Shown: positions 1 to 10,232 of the stretch, piece by piece
How the letters are laid out: every line of letters starts with the position of its first letter
Numbering within the stretch: the stretch's first letter is position 1
IMG/VR virus record: IMGVR_UViG_3300021431_004525
Origin: a virus
Lineage: Duplodnaviria; Caudoviricetes
Length of the DNA: 64,000 bases
Direction: 5' to 3' (one strand)
Translations under genes and position numbers: made by a program
The notes under the pieces: generated by a model
Databases searched by the model: none
What the model saw: only the letters and a program-made list of their open reading frames with translations
What the model was told of the DNA's origin: nothing

Positions 1-48
1 TGCAAACACATTATCCTTTGTCCAGAATCTTCTTGGTTTTTTTTCCAT
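1..48 (-). CDS. N-terminus of a protein running off the window
   Basis: ATG at 48 downstream of promoter 97-130; MEKKPRRFWTKDNVFA. Confidence 0.5.
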   Translation of the reverse strand, partial: MEKKPRRFWTKDNVFA

Positions 49-161
49 AATTCTTAATTGATTTTATTTGTTAATAATGTTATTTTTTAATTGTACTGCA
101 AAGTTACGAAAAAAAATTGGGAAAACCAAACATTTCCCCAACTTTAACATTTTTTTAACAC

Positions 162-524
162 TTAAGTCGTTCTTTTCAACTCATTGAATACATTGGTAAC
201 TTTATTCATCAGTCTTTTATATTTTTCCCCGATATAATAAATACCAACGTAGTACCCTTTATATGGAATTATTTCAATGTTACTGAAATCACCATCAACC
301 GGAAAATCTTCCGGTTCGTTTAAAACAATTTCTTTAATTTCATTTTCACTCTCGCCAACAATAATGCCCTCAATACCGGTGGTAAATGTAAAAAAAGTAC
401 CAATCACAATAAAGGCCGTAGGCATTCCATAATTATCGGTTGTGTGGTAACACTTCCACAATTCAAAATATGAATCACTAAAATTCTCTTTTAGAAATTT
501 TCTTGCAATCTCACGTCTTTCCAT
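162..524 (-). CDS. hypothetical protein
   Basis: ORF in co-directional early run. Confidence 0.7.
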   Translation of the reverse strand: MERREIARKFLKENFSDSYFELWKCYHTTDNYGMPTAFIVIGTFFTFTTGIEGIIVGESENEIKEIVLNEPEDFPVDGDFSNIEIIPYKGYYVGIYYIGEKYKRLMNKVTNVFNELKRTT

Positions 525-535
525 AATTTTAACAC

Positions 536-706
536 CTAATCTTTGAAATACTTCTTATCAATTTTTACGGGTCGACAGAAATCAGTTCCTACACAATATT
601 CATTTTCAGTGTTCAATTCCGGTAATATCATAACCTTATCACCCTCATTGTAGTTCTCACTTCCATCTGAAAATGGTATCTTACAAGTCTTATATTCTAC
701 TTTCAT
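536..706 (-). CDS. small hypothetical protein (56 aa)
   Basis: MKVEYKTCKIPF...; AAAATAGATTAAT leader; below ORF-track cutoff. Confidence 0.6.
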   Translation of the reverse strand: MKVEYKTCKIPFSDGSENYNEGDKVMILPELNTENEYCVGTDFCRPVKIDKKYFKD

Positions 707-727
707 ATTAATCTATTTTTTCACCAC

Positions 728-1048
728 TTAAATCTCATATAGACCATCACAATTTTCATCAATGTAATCATCTAAGGTTACTAAGTCGTTGTCTATACAT
801 ATACCATCTTCTTCCAGAAAATGATGCACCCGATATACTTCAAGTTTTCTACTACAGCCAAATGCTAATTGCATTTCCGGTGTCGTTCTGAACCCATCAC
901 CAACCCGATAGTCACCATCGTATGAAATATGATAATATTTTATCTTTTCGTCATATTCAAATTCTTCATACCAATCTTGACCATGAGAATATTCCGGTTG
1001 TTTGACAGGTCCAAGAAATACTAATTGGACATTCATTGTATATATCAA
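728..1048 (-). CDS. hypothetical protein
   Basis: ORF overlapping upstream stop. Confidence 0.7.
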   Translation of the reverse strand: MIYTMNVQLVFLGPVKQPEYSHGQDWYEEFEYDEKIKYYHISYDGDYRVGDGFRTTPEMQLAFGCSRKLEVYRVHHFLEEDGICIDNDLVTLDDYIDENCDGLYEI

Positions 1049-1515
1049 TTAAGATTACTTTTCTTCATAAATGTTTCAAGAACTTCTTTCTTTACAAACT
1101 CCTTAAACAGACTAATGATTTTATCACCACACTCAACAATCTGACCATATTCAAATCCATAGTCGTAATCCCATTTGCTTTCCTTGCCTTTCCAGACATC
1201 TTCCCATGTGGGTGTGTTAATGAAAACACCATCAAACACATTCAGACACAAGGTATCACCATTCCGGTGTTCAAATACGGCAATATTAAATCCCTTGCTG
1301 AAACACCATACAGAAAAGATATATCCCTGCTCACGGCCATTCTCATAACGGCCAACCCTAACATGAACAAACGAAAGTAAACACTCTATTTCAGCCTTTT
1401 CTTCGTCACTCGTCTCTATATCCTTAACATTATCGGCAAATTTACGGACATAAGCCAAAACCGCTTGCTCTTGCCATCCGGCACCATCATCCATGTAACG
1501 GCTAATCTCTATCAT
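1045..1515 (-). CDS. hypothetical protein
   Basis: 156 aa ORF in operon. Confidence 0.75.
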   Translation of the reverse strand: MIEISRYMDDGAGWQEQAVLAYVRKFADNVKDIETSDEEKAEIECLLSFVHVRVGRYENGREQGYIFSVWCFSKGFNIAVFEHRNGDTLCLNVFDGVFINTPTWEDVWKGKESKWDYDYGFEYGQIVECGDKIISLFKEFVKKEVLETFMKKSNLN

Positions 1516-1524
1516 AACTCTATA

Positions 1525-2052
1525 TTATTTAATATTTACTTTGTAATCACTTGTCACAGAATACTTATCTTTAACCAAATACAAATTGCAAGGTTCATAT
1601 CTCATGCTTTCCGGTCTAAATGATTCTGACATATCATCATATCCGCTAATAGACGGATAGAAGTCAACATCGTCCATATTAAGGGCAATAAGGTAAAAAT
1701 ACAAAGCAAGGTATTTAGGACTTTGCTCACATCTGAAATAAGGTTTGTATGACAATTCTCCATGACTATACCAACTATTACTATATCGGTTACGATATAA
1801 TCTCTCATGGTCATTCATAGACCTTATAATTGTAACGGCTTCATTGTTCCGGAAATAGTCATTGAAAAACTCAAAACTCTCCTTAATCTCATTTAATATA
1901 ACCCTATCCTTAAATTCCTTAAATTCGGTCTCATGCTCTTTGGCAAATGACTTGTAGTAATCCGGATTAGTAGAACACTTATCAACCCGATTACCTGCCA
2001 TGTACCAACGAATAGCAGAAAAGAACTCCCTTATCTTATTAATGAATTTCAT
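1525..2052 (-). CDS. hypothetical protein
   Basis: 175 aa ORF in operon. Confidence 0.75.
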   Translation of the reverse strand: MKFINKIREFFSAIRWYMAGNRVDKCSTNPDYYKSFAKEHETEFKEFKDRVILNEIKESFEFFNDYFRNNEAVTIIRSMNDHERLYRNRYSNSWYSHGELSYKPYFRCEQSPKYLALYFYLIALNMDDVDFYPSISGYDDMSESFRPESMRYEPCNLYLVKDKYSVTSDYKVNIK

Positions 2053-2070
2053 ATTAATTTATTTTTAATG

Positions 2071-2334
2071 CTATCGTTGCTCTACAAAAATTACTTTACC
2101 TTCCATTGCACCCCATAGAGAACTCTCTTTAAAAACTTTTGTTTTAGGTGTATAATCATTATCCATTGGTTCAACAAGATACCAGAGATTATCTTCCTTC
2201 CACGTAGCCTCCACCAGTTTCTCGCCCTTTTCCAACCGAATTGTCGTTGAACCACCAAAAGAACGTGTTACCTTCTGGCAACTTGTTAAAACAATGCTAA
2301 CAAACAGCAATAAAATAAACCCAATTTTCTTCAT
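2071..2334 (-). CDS. putative lipoprotein
   Basis: MKK + hydrophobic stretch + LTSC lipobox. Confidence 0.75.
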   Translation of the reverse strand: MKKIGFILLLFVSIVLTSCQKVTRSFGGSTTIRLEKGEKLVEATWKEDNLWYLVEPMDNDYTPKTKVFKESSLWGAMEGKVIFVEQR

Positions 2335-2346
2335 ATTAATTGATTT

Positions 2347-2652
2347 TTATTTAAGACTTTTCAAATATTCAATAAACTCCTTAGAATTTGTTGACCTGCC
2401 CCAAAGCCGGTGTCCCTTAATTTGGTCCTTGATAAGTTTCATATTTACACCGCTATTACGGAAAGCGGATGGAAAATTCTTTACAAGGAATAAACGTTTC
2501 AGTGCAATATCCTCACATAAAAACCGGTTACTATCGTCCAGAAAATTATTTTTACCTCTCTTAACCTTAAGTATATCCTCTAACTGACTTAGATAAGCAT
2601 AAATGTCCAGAATTTCATTTTTCTCGTCCTTTGTCAACTTGACCTTTTCCAT
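2347..2652 (-). CDS. hypothetical protein
   Basis: ORF in operon. Confidence 0.7.
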   Translation of the reverse strand: MEKVKLTKDEKNEILDIYAYLSQLEDILKVKRGKNNFLDDSNRFLCEDIALKRLFLVKNFPSAFRNSGVNMKLIKDQIKGHRLWGRSTNSKEFIEYLKSLK

Positions 2653-2839
2653 ATTATTTATTTTTAAACGTTTGGAACAATGTCATACCCTATTGTATCT
2701 CCTTGCTCGGAAATAAATTCTTGACAATCATCGAAAGAGCCAATATATACTCCCTCTTTACCAATTTCATCGGTATAGTCAATTACTTTATGACTTGTAA
2801 TCCTGTTTGGGTCTAAATTTGCCATAATCTATCTTATTT

Positions 2840-3064
2840 CTAATTAATATTTACCATACAATTATTTTCAGTAAGGAACTCCTCCACCTCAATCTGTTCC
2901 TTAATGTCATTCTCTAACATATCTCCATCAATGACATCATCGAATGAATAGTCAGCCAAACTACGGCCTGCAAGTTCACAGACGAACTCGCCATTTTCTT
3001 CGACATCAAGACCATTGATAGTCTCTATCACAACATAACCTAAACCCGTTTCGTATGTACGCAT
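2840..3064 (-). CDS. small acidic early protein; paralogue of the C-terminal domain of 53963-54298
   Basis: ETINGLDV..E.VCELAGRSLADY matches ETINGLEI..ELICVLRGKRLRDY. Confidence 0.75.
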   Translation of the reverse strand: MRTYETGLGYVVIETINGLDVEENGEFVCELAGRSLADYSFDDVIDGDMLENDIKEQIEVEEFLTENNCMVNIN

Positions 3065-3164
3065 AATCTATAAATGTTTTAATTTGATACTGCAAAGGTA
3101 CGAAAAAATTCTGAAATAGCCAAACAATTTCCTATAATAAACGTTAAGCAATCGTTAAAAAACG

Positions 3165-3557
3165 TTACTCAAATTTTATGTTATTCTTCTTAGTCCAATC
3201 ATCCGGCTGCCACACACCGAAACCAATAGACACAACACCATCCTTACGGCCAACGTAGATACAACCATCAAGAAAATCATTACTTGGCTCTCTGTTGGCA
3301 TATACTTCCGGTTTAACAGCCAACTTGACCGCAACCTTATTGTCCGGCATGATATTATGCTCCCTCTCAAGATACCTCTCGATATTTTTCCATAAATCAT
3401 TTAACCATCCGTCAAATGGTGTCTCATAATTGGGACTGGTATTCACAACACGTAACGTAACAATGGACGTGTATGGAAAATATTCAGCAATCTTGAAATT
3501 CTCCAAAGTAAGAGTTTCCTCTAACATGAAACCAACTATATCCCTACGTAATGCCAT
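3165..3557 (-). CDS. hypothetical protein
   Basis: ORF in operon. Confidence 0.7.
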   Translation of the reverse strand: MALRRDIVGFMLEETLTLENFKIAEYFPYTSIVTLRVVNTSPNYETPFDGWLNDLWKNIERYLEREHNIMPDNKVAVKLAVKPEVYANREPSNDFLDGCIYVGRKDGVVSIGFGVWQPDDWTKKNNIKFE

Positions 3558-3579
3558 AATAAAATGAATCTATTTTTAT

Positions 3580-3837
3580 TTAATCTTCTTCAAATGATAT
3601 TTCCTTGATGATTACACTCTTTCCATCCTTTTTTCCGGATGGATAAGAAATGTCACAATCCCAAAAACCATCATCAAGGGAATTGTCAATCTCGTCTTGT
3701 TCAATATTTGGCATAATCTCATGGATGCAATCAGCAAAATACTTCTCGGCTTTCTCCGTATCAGTAAAAGCCTTAGAATTGTATGTCGACATATCACTCT
3801 TGATAACAACCTCAACCAAAATAATCTCCTTAACCAT
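3580..3837 (-). CDS. hypothetical protein
   Basis: ORF in operon. Confidence 0.7.
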   Translation of the reverse strand: MVKEIILVEVVIKSDMSTYNSKAFTDTEKAEKYFADCIHEIMPNIEQDEIDNSLDDGFWDCDISYPSGKKDGKSVIIKEISFEED

Positions 3838-3857
3838 AATATTAATCTATTTTTAAT

Positions 3858-4295
3858 TTAGTCTGAAAAATTACAATCCTTAATCATACCATTCAACATA
3901 TCAATGTAGTCAGAAGAACCATAGAAACGTTCCCTATCGTTCAGATACTTCACACAGACCTCAACAATGGTCTTATATTCCATATACCGGAAAGATGCGA
4001 ACCATTTCTCAATCCAATCCTCTGACAAATCAATCCATACCTCATAATAAAGACCCTTACACTCCGGACGTAACTTCAATGAGGGGTTAATGATATTATC
4101 ATATACCTCCCAAGCCTTGTCAACCTCTTTCTGGTAACTTACTTTACGGAATATCTCCCGTAACTCGCCATCGGACATCAAGGGCTGACGAATATTCTTC
4201 TCATTACGAAGGTAATTCTTCGCACGAACAGAAAATTCCTCTGATGTGTTACATACTCCGGCAATGCTCTCCAATTCTTCTTTAATTGTTTTCAT
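3858..4295 (-). CDS. hypothetical protein
   Basis: ORF in operon. Confidence 0.7.
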   Translation of the reverse strand: MKTIKEELESIAGVCNTSEEFSVRAKNYLRNEKNIRQPLMSDGELREIFRKVSYQKEVDKAWEVYDNIINPSLKLRPECKGLYYEVWIDLSEDWIEKWFASFRYMEYKTIVEVCVKYLNDRERFYGSSDYIDMLNGMIKDCNFSD

Positions 4296-4330
4296 ATAAA
4301 TTGATTTTTAAGTTCTTATCTTTTCAGAAC

Positions 4331-4561
4331 CTATGCAAGGTCAGTCAAGAAATACCACCAGTTATTAAGAAGTTGCTCTTTTGCTTTTGGATTATTCAAA
4401 ACAACCTCACTAAATTCTTCCACGCTCTCAAATATCGCAGTATCTGCATCACAAAGAGCAAGGTCGCTCATTTCCTTGTCAGAAATTGAATCCATCCATT
4501 CCTTATCGTAAGACGAATCTTTAGGAACACCGATTACTCTAACATTAAGATGTTTATCCAT
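4331..4561 (-). CDS. hypothetical protein
   Basis: first gene after promoter 4589-4622. Confidence 0.7.
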   Translation of the reverse strand: MDKHLNVRVIGVPKDSSYDKEWMDSISDKEMSDLALCDADTAIFESVEEFSEVVLNNPKAKEQLLNNWWYFLTDLA

Positions 4562-4662
4562 ATTCTACTTTTTTATTTTGTTTGACAATGCAAAGATACA
4601 AATAATTCTCTAAATAACCAAATATTTCACCATAATAAAAGTTAAGAAAACGTTAAAAGATA

Positions 4663-5268
4663 TTAATGCAATCTCACATATATAAGTTCAGAACCTTCAT
4701 CCCTCAATAATTCATAACCAGACTTCAATAATGACAATTCAAATTCCGGTAACGTGGTATCTAACTTATATTCAATACCCATGTCATCCTTAACAGAAAG
4801 ATATTCAACTATTTTGTAATCTACATTATATTCCCTGATATAACAACACCTTATGAAATTATACCATTCACTCTCATATAAACCGGCAGTGTATCCATGA
4901 TACAAATTTATTCCAAATTTCTTATTGAAAGACGGAACTTCATACTCTTTACTATATGCAGTACGAATATTCTTGCCGACACATAGCCATTCACCAGAAA
5001 AACCATCAGAAAAAACAAACTCTTTAAAAACCGGCGTTAATTCATAGTTGTGGTGACCAAAGTATTTTGAAATAACATGATATGTTTTTTCCATTTCAAG
5101 CAATACGTCACTAAACGTCTTATCATTGAAAGTTGAACGACATCTGCGAAGATAAAATTCAACGGCAAAATTACATAAGTCACTACCGGACTTGTCCTCT
5201 AACAATAAGGATAAATTAACAGATAACTTCTTTAAGGCTCTGTCGTAAAAGTATTTGCTAATATTCAT
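4663..5268 (-). CDS. hypothetical protein
   Basis: 201 aa ORF. Confidence 0.75.
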   Translation of the reverse strand: MNISKYFYDRALKKLSVNLSLLLEDKSGSDLCNFAVEFYLRRCRSTFNDKTFSDVLLEMEKTYHVISKYFGHHNYELTPVFKEFVFSDGFSGEWLCVGKNIRTAYSKEYEVPSFNKKFGINLYHGYTAGLYESEWYNFIRCCYIREYNVDYKIVEYLSVKDDMGIEYKLDTTLPEFELSLLKSGYELLRDEGSELIYVRLH

Positions 5269-5307
5269 ATTAATTTGTTTTTATTACTTAATAATCAATA
5301 TATGTGG

Positions 5308-5706
5308 CTATTTGTATCTTATGAAATGAAACCGGTGATACGGATAAAATTCTTCCTTGAATATTCCGATTAACGGATTTCTATTATAATAGGCTTTTTG
5401 CGCTTTATCGACAATCCAACACATATCACCCCCGTTTACATATAAATCAGATGAAAGGGAATGGCAATCATAATAACCGGAGTTATCCCAATCAACTTTG
5501 ATATGATGTGCTTTGGTATGATGTCCACCCATTACCTTAAACTCTCTAAAGACCGGCTGACTGAACTTGACTAATGTCGAATCATCGCCATCATATTGCC
5601 AGACATAAATGTAGCGGTTATCCTCATGGTCAATCCTGTCAGACCTGCCACAAGACACAAATAAAACCGCACTAAATAAAAATATAAACCTAAACAACCT
5701 ATACAT
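5308..5706 (-). CDS. putative lipoprotein
   Basis: signal peptide with FVSC lipobox. Confidence 0.7.
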   Translation of the reverse strand: MYRLFRFIFLFSAVLFVSCGRSDRIDHEDNRYIYVWQYDGDDSTLVKFSQPVFREFKVMGGHHTKAHHIKVDWDNSGYYDCHSLSSDLYVNGGDMCWIVDKAQKAYYNRNPLIGIFKEEFYPYHRFHFIRYK

Positions 5707-5721
5707 AATATTAATTCATTT

Positions 5722-6096
5722 TTACCATTCAACATAACTGGCTTTTTCAATTTCCTTATTGAAAAACTCTTTTTCTTCTTCTGTCGCCAAACGATACTCT
5801 CTGGTATAACCCAAACCAGTCATAGGATAAGGACGTTTATGTTTTTCAACTTCTCCATTTTCACGTCTGATATAAAACGCATCAGTCTCCAACGCTTCGC
5901 CATTGAAGCCACAATATCGGCACATACAACACTCCATGCCAAAAACCTTAAGATGTTCGTCTTTCTTGACAATAATATCATCCTTTTTAAAACCATTGGT
6001 CAATTCAGCAAGGGTGTAAATAGTAACACTATCTTCATCACAGATGGCAACCAAACCGGCATTCTCCAGTAACTCACTATTGTAAATCTCAACCAT
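5722..6096 (-). CDS. hypothetical protein
   Basis: contains RLATEEEK motif common in Bacteroidota phage proteins. Confidence 0.7.
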   Translation of the reverse strand: MVEIYNSELLENAGLVAICDEDSVTIYTLAELTNGFKKDDIIVKKDEHLKVFGMECCMCRYCGFNGEALETDAFYIRRENGEVEKHKRPYPMTGLGYTREYRLATEEEKEFFNKEIEKASYVEW

Positions 6097-6132
6097 GTTA
6101 TTCTATTTTTAATCCGTAATTTTTGTCATTGC

Positions 6133-6381
6133 TTAATTCTTATAGGGGTCACGCATTATCGTCCAGAACCTTTCATTTGCAAACTTGTTCACACCATCCC
6201 TTAACAGAACCATGGTATAATAGTTGCTCAATATACTCGGCTCACGCTGATACCACTTGAACTGATTGATGAACTCCTTATACTCTACACTACCATCGTT
6301 AGTAAAGACAGAATCACAATCCACATCTTTCAACCGGAAATGAAATTGCTTTAAATCATCTAAATTTATCTTCATGACCAT
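6133..6381 (-). CDS. hypothetical protein
   Basis: first gene after promoter 6400-6433. Confidence 0.65.
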   Translation of the reverse strand: MVMKINLDDLKQFHFRLKDVDCDSVFTNDGSVEYKEFINQFKWYQREPSILSNYYTMVLLRDGVNKFANERFWTIMRDPYKN

Positions 6382-6531
6382 ATCTGTTTTGTTTGATGGT
6401 ACAAAGGTACGAAATTATTTTCAATTTACCAAATAAAAATCGAATTTTTTTTTTAGATTTATAATAAAATTCCTTTATGCTTAAACACATCAATGTCTTT
6501 AATGTTTTAATATACGCTTTTTATGCTAAGT

Positions 6532-6729
6532 TTATTTTGTTTTCCACTTTCTAAGACCTTTGCCATAATATGCAACATAGTTTTTTATTGTATCTCTTAT
6601 GCAGTCATTTAACGTCTCATATCCAAAATATGTACCGTCTTTATAACCCTTAGATTTTGAGTATTCCCAATTTTTGGGGTTATGGTATGCTCTGATTATT
6701 TTATGCTTTAGAATTGATATTTTTTTCAT
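6532..6729 (-). CDS. small basic hypothetical protein
   Basis: ORF in operon. Confidence 0.6.
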   Translation of the reverse strand: MKKISILKHKIIRAYHNPKNWEYSKSKGYKDGTYFGYETLNDCIRDTIKNYVAYYGKGLRKWKTK

Positions 6730-6748
6730 AATCTCTCCAATACGTTTT

Positions 6749-7195
6749 TTAACTTAAATAATTTTTAAATGAAACGAAATGTTCATCACCCCAATAGAGG
6801 TTGTCTGCATCTTCACCATCTTCAAAATAACCACTTTGTAGCCACTCTAAAAGCGATATTTCATTAATAGAGTTGTCTTGATTAAACCATACACAGACTT
6901 CATAGACTTTTTCTTCTATTGAAAAGAAAGCCATGTATCTGTCAAGTCCATCATCATCAGTTGCTTCGTACTCTAAATAATAACGATTAATCGTTATATC
7001 CATTGTCACGTTCCCGATTTTCAGGACTGCTTTAATACCACTTGGGGCAATGTGCTTTCTCTCGTCCTTATCATGGCATAACGTTTCTTCCGTTACTTTT
7101 TTTACGAAAGTGTTCCCATAGAAAGGATTTTCATCCCCCATAGTATTTTTGTCTCTATTTTCTAAGGTCTCAACTCTTAATTTTGCTTCTACCAT
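6749..7195 (-). CDS. hypothetical protein
   Basis: AGGAG 7 nt upstream. Confidence 0.75.
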   Translation of the reverse strand: MVEAKLRVETLENRDKNTMGDENPFYGNTFVKKVTEETLCHDKDERKHIAPSGIKAVLKIGNVTMDITINRYYLEYEATDDDGLDRYMAFFSIEEKVYEVCVWFNQDNSINEISLLEWLQSGYFEDGEDADNLYWGDEHFVSFKNYLS

Positions 7196-7223
7196 AATTT
7201 ATCTCCTTTATAGGTATTAAGTA

Positions 7224-7403
7224 TCATGCTTTTTCCTCTTTCCATTTCCTCATGCAACAACATTCTTTGCAATAGCACTCGTCACTTTCATCCCACCCAA
7301 AATTCTCACCGGTGTTGGGGTTAAACCAACTTTTCTCTAATATATTGTCTGAACCGCATACCGCACAAACAATCTTTATTCCATTAAAACTTTTCTGTCC
7401 CAT
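7224..7403 (-). CDS. small Cys-rich (zinc ribbon-like) protein
   Basis: MGQKSF...CAVCGS...CYCKECCC; AGGAG 9 nt upstream; follows promoter 7455. Confidence 0.65.
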   Translation of the reverse strand: MGQKSFNGIKIVCAVCGSDNILEKSWFNPNTGENFGWDESDECYCKECCCMRKWKEEKA

Positions 7404-7671
7404 AATCTTTATCTCCTATTTTTAATTGTGAATACTAATGTTTATTATTTCTACTGCAAAGGTACGAAATTATTTTGAAATATCCAAATAAATCCGTACC
7501 TTTAACATAAAATTAACAAATCTCACGTTCCACTACATAATACTTATGAAATTGATTTTGCTGGCCGGCCGCATAACTATCTGCATCACCCTCTTTGTAA
7601 AACACTTTTACCGGTGATACCTCACTGCCAAACCGGCGCATTACAATGTATACTTCCATATTAATCTATTT

Positions 7672-8067
7672 TTAATAAAACTTATCTTTCTTCTCGCCAA
7701 TAGACTTCAACGTCTCAACAGAAATAAACCCATATATACACACCAACCTGCAATTTACGATTTTCTTGTTAGTTAATCGCTCATTTCCGGAATGATATAC
7801 AATGCCTAACGTCCGGTAAATATCCAAGCCGGTATGCTCATATTCATTAATAAAATCATAACACATGGTTAAATGCGTATAAGTCGAAATAACCGATAGT
7901 ATGGAATCACCGGAAATCTCAACGACACTGAAATACTTCTCACTATCCTCTATATGACCGCCACGACGTAAATCCTCATTAAGAAGGTCATTCAGCCTAC
8001 TTACACGACTACGCTCACGATTAACCAGTTTCTTTAATATAAAAATAAATTCAGATAACTTACTCAT
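7672..8067 (-). CDS. hypothetical protein
   Basis: ORF in operon. Confidence 0.65.
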   Translation of the reverse strand: MSKLSEFIFILKKLVNRERSRVSRLNDLLNEDLRRGGHIEDSEKYFSVVEISGDSILSVISTYTHLTMCYDFINEYEHTGLDIYRTLGIVYHSGNERLTNKKIVNCRLVCIYGFISVETLKSIGEKKDKFY

Positions 8068-8096
8068 ATTTCTTCAAATTAATTGTTTCTTAATTA

Positions 8097-8306
8097 TTAT
8101 ACCGGCCAAGCATCCACAATTACGGAATCCGCAATCAGTTTGACATTATGATGCTTGTCGTAATACTTCCAGAATGTTTCCTCGTTCTTTGAAATGATTG
8201 TCTCAACTCTGATACGACCACTATTGTATTTTGTCTCAACCTCAAAACAAGTCAGTTGTTCTTCCATGTTAAAAATTAATCTTTTTTTTTTTTCAATTAT
8301 TCGCAC
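8097..8306 (-). CDS. hypothetical protein
   Basis: ORF; true start may be the internal MEEQ. Confidence 0.6.
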   Translation of the reverse strand: MRIIEKKKRLIFNMEEQLTCFEVETKYNSGRIRVETIISKNEETFWKYYDKHHNVKLIADSVIVDAWPV

Positions 8307-8593
8307 GCTTTATCAACTAAGTATAACTGGTATTTATTAATCTCTTCTTCACTAAACCAGTACTTACTTTCCAATGGCTTAAACGACAAAAGAAGGTCAT
8401 AGTAACTATACCGGTCTAAAATTTTTATCACAAATTCATCATGATACTTTATATCAACAAATGAACGCTGAACACTTAATTGGCACTTATAATGAAAAAC
8501 AGCATTATTCCTAAATAAAAAATAATAACATAACCCAATTAATATGGTCATAAAAATATAGAAAAAGACCGACTTAAATGATATATTTTTCAT
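8297..8593 (-). CDS. membrane-anchored hypothetical protein
   Basis: N-terminal transmembrane helix. Confidence 0.6.
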   Translation of the reverse strand: MKNISFKSVFFYIFMTILIGLCYYFLFRNNAVFHYKCQLSVQRSFVDIKYHDEFVIKILDRYSYYDLLLSFKPLESKYWFSEEEINKYQLYLVDKACE

Positions 8594-8618
8594 ATTAATA
8601 TATTTTTTTTTTCAATTA

Positions 8619-8867
8619 TTATGTTACCTCTACTTCTGAAATCCCAACGTGATACATATTACCGCCATTTGCACCCTCATAGTCAAATATGGTTTCACCC
8701 ATTTCTTCAAGTATCGTGTTATCACCGGTTGTCTCGGCAATGTCAGCGAGGTAATCGTTGAAATACTTCTGTGCCACATTCTTGTTACGTGTTACTCTCT
8801 GCCCCGTGTAAATGTCACCACAAAAGGTCATTACACAGACATAAACCACAACATAAACCTTTTCCAT
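8619..8867 (-). CDS. hypothetical protein
   Basis: start moved to MEKVYVV, downstream of promoter 8897. Confidence 0.65.
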   Translation of the reverse strand: MEKVYVVVYVCVMTFCGDIYTGQRVTRNKNVAQKYFNDYLADIAETTGDNTILEEMGETIFDYEGANGGNMYHVGISEVEVT

Positions 8868-8970
8868 ATATCCGTTATATTTGTTTTGTTTGACTATGCA
8901 AAGATACAAAGAAAAAATGACATTACCAAATATTTTGTGTTAAGTAATACTAATTAATTGTTAAAATATA

Positions 8971-9246
8971 CTAACGGATGAATATAACACCATCACGCTT
9001 TTCATCTATATCCCAATCCTCACCGCGTCCGGTAAGTATAAAATATAAATTCAACATACGCTTCGTCATATAATAACCCTTAGAACCTAAACCCATGTAC
9101 TTGTTATAAGGTGCAGAATAAAATTTATTACCGCCACTCATAAAACTCCGGCCATTGGCATTGCACCACTTCATATAAATCTCTGCCATGAATAATGATG
9201 TATTATCATTAACGTCAGAATAATAATGACTACCAGATTTTAACAT
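8971..9246 (-). CDS. hypothetical protein
   Basis: ORF. Confidence 0.65.
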   Translation of the reverse strand: MLKSGSHYYSDVNDNTSLFMAEIYMKWCNANGRSFMSGGNKFYSAPYNKYMGLGSKGYYMTKRMLNLYFILTGRGEDWDIDEKRDGVIFIR

Positions 9247-9315
9247 GATAAAAACTAATTAATATTTAACCTATTTCTAAAACGTACTCATTTGAGTACA
9301 TATATTAATCTATTT

Positions 9316-10209
9316 TTATTTCCCACGGCATTCTACAATGATACTCCGGTATTGTGGCTTTTTCCATTCCCAATAACGAGGGTCTTTCAGACTATACTTC
9401 TTTCCGTCAATCTCAACCACCGGTTTGAAACTGCCATCACTATTCATGTACTTGTCAGCAGATAATATAATATCAATAGGATGATAGTAACTATCCTGAT
9501 TACGATACTCCATATCCAATCCGGAATGAATACAACCGATTATCCTATGAATATATTCGTAATCACAAAGTTTATTTTCGTTTATGCAGTCGTGAACACA
9601 ACGACATTCACCATATACATGAATAGATTTCAAAAATCCCCTATCACCTAAACAAAAATCACCAATACCATATTTCATCGTCTTACACGATAAATTCCGG
9701 TAACTGCTCTTCAGTAACACATCACAGAACTTGTTACCATCCACAACGTGAATATTATAACCCAATACCTCTACCGGTTCTTTAAAGTACGATAATACCT
9801 TTGATATAATTTCACTGGGACTATACTGATTACGATATTCGTTAATCTCAAAGAATAACCATAAAGGTAGTCTTTCCTCAAAACCCTTAGAATAATCATC
9901 AGCCATCCGGTTCTTCATTTCAATCAACTTCTTACCATCAATAAGCGGATAGGGAAGCATAATTCCGGACTTCATGTACTTGTTGATGTCAGCACTATAA
10001 GATACGGAAGAACCGGACAACTTCTCATACACCTTTACAAAGATGTTATCGCAGAAACTGAACTCTATCCACGCTTCACCACAATCACGACCATCCCAAT
10101 AACTATCGGTAATGACGCAGCCTAATGACTGAATAAATGACTTGGCACTCTCCATGTCACCTCTATGCTCACAATCACATACAAAGTATTTTCCGCTAAT
10201 CTTCTCCAT
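9316..10209 (-). CDS. hypothetical protein
   Basis: 297 aa ORF. Confidence 0.8.
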   Translation of the reverse strand: MEKISGKYFVCDCEHRGDMESAKSFIQSLGCVITDSYWDGRDCGEAWIEFSFCDNIFVKVYEKLSGSSVSYSADINKYMKSGIMLPYPLIDGKKLIEMKNRMADDYSKGFEERLPLWLFFEINEYRNQYSPSEIISKVLSYFKEPVEVLGYNIHVVDGNKFCDVLLKSSYRNLSCKTMKYGIGDFCLGDRGFLKSIHVYGECRCVHDCINENKLCDYEYIHRIIGCIHSGLDMEYRNQDSYYHPIDIILSADKYMNSDGSFKPVVEIDGKKYSLKDPRYWEWKKPQYRSIIVECRGK

Positions 10210-10232
10210 ATCTCTATATACCTTATTTAATA

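Noticed and set aside
707-9315. Repeated AAAAATAGATTAAT before start codons as a novel element
   Set aside because: Consistent with ordinary A-rich Bacteroidota translation initiation regions.
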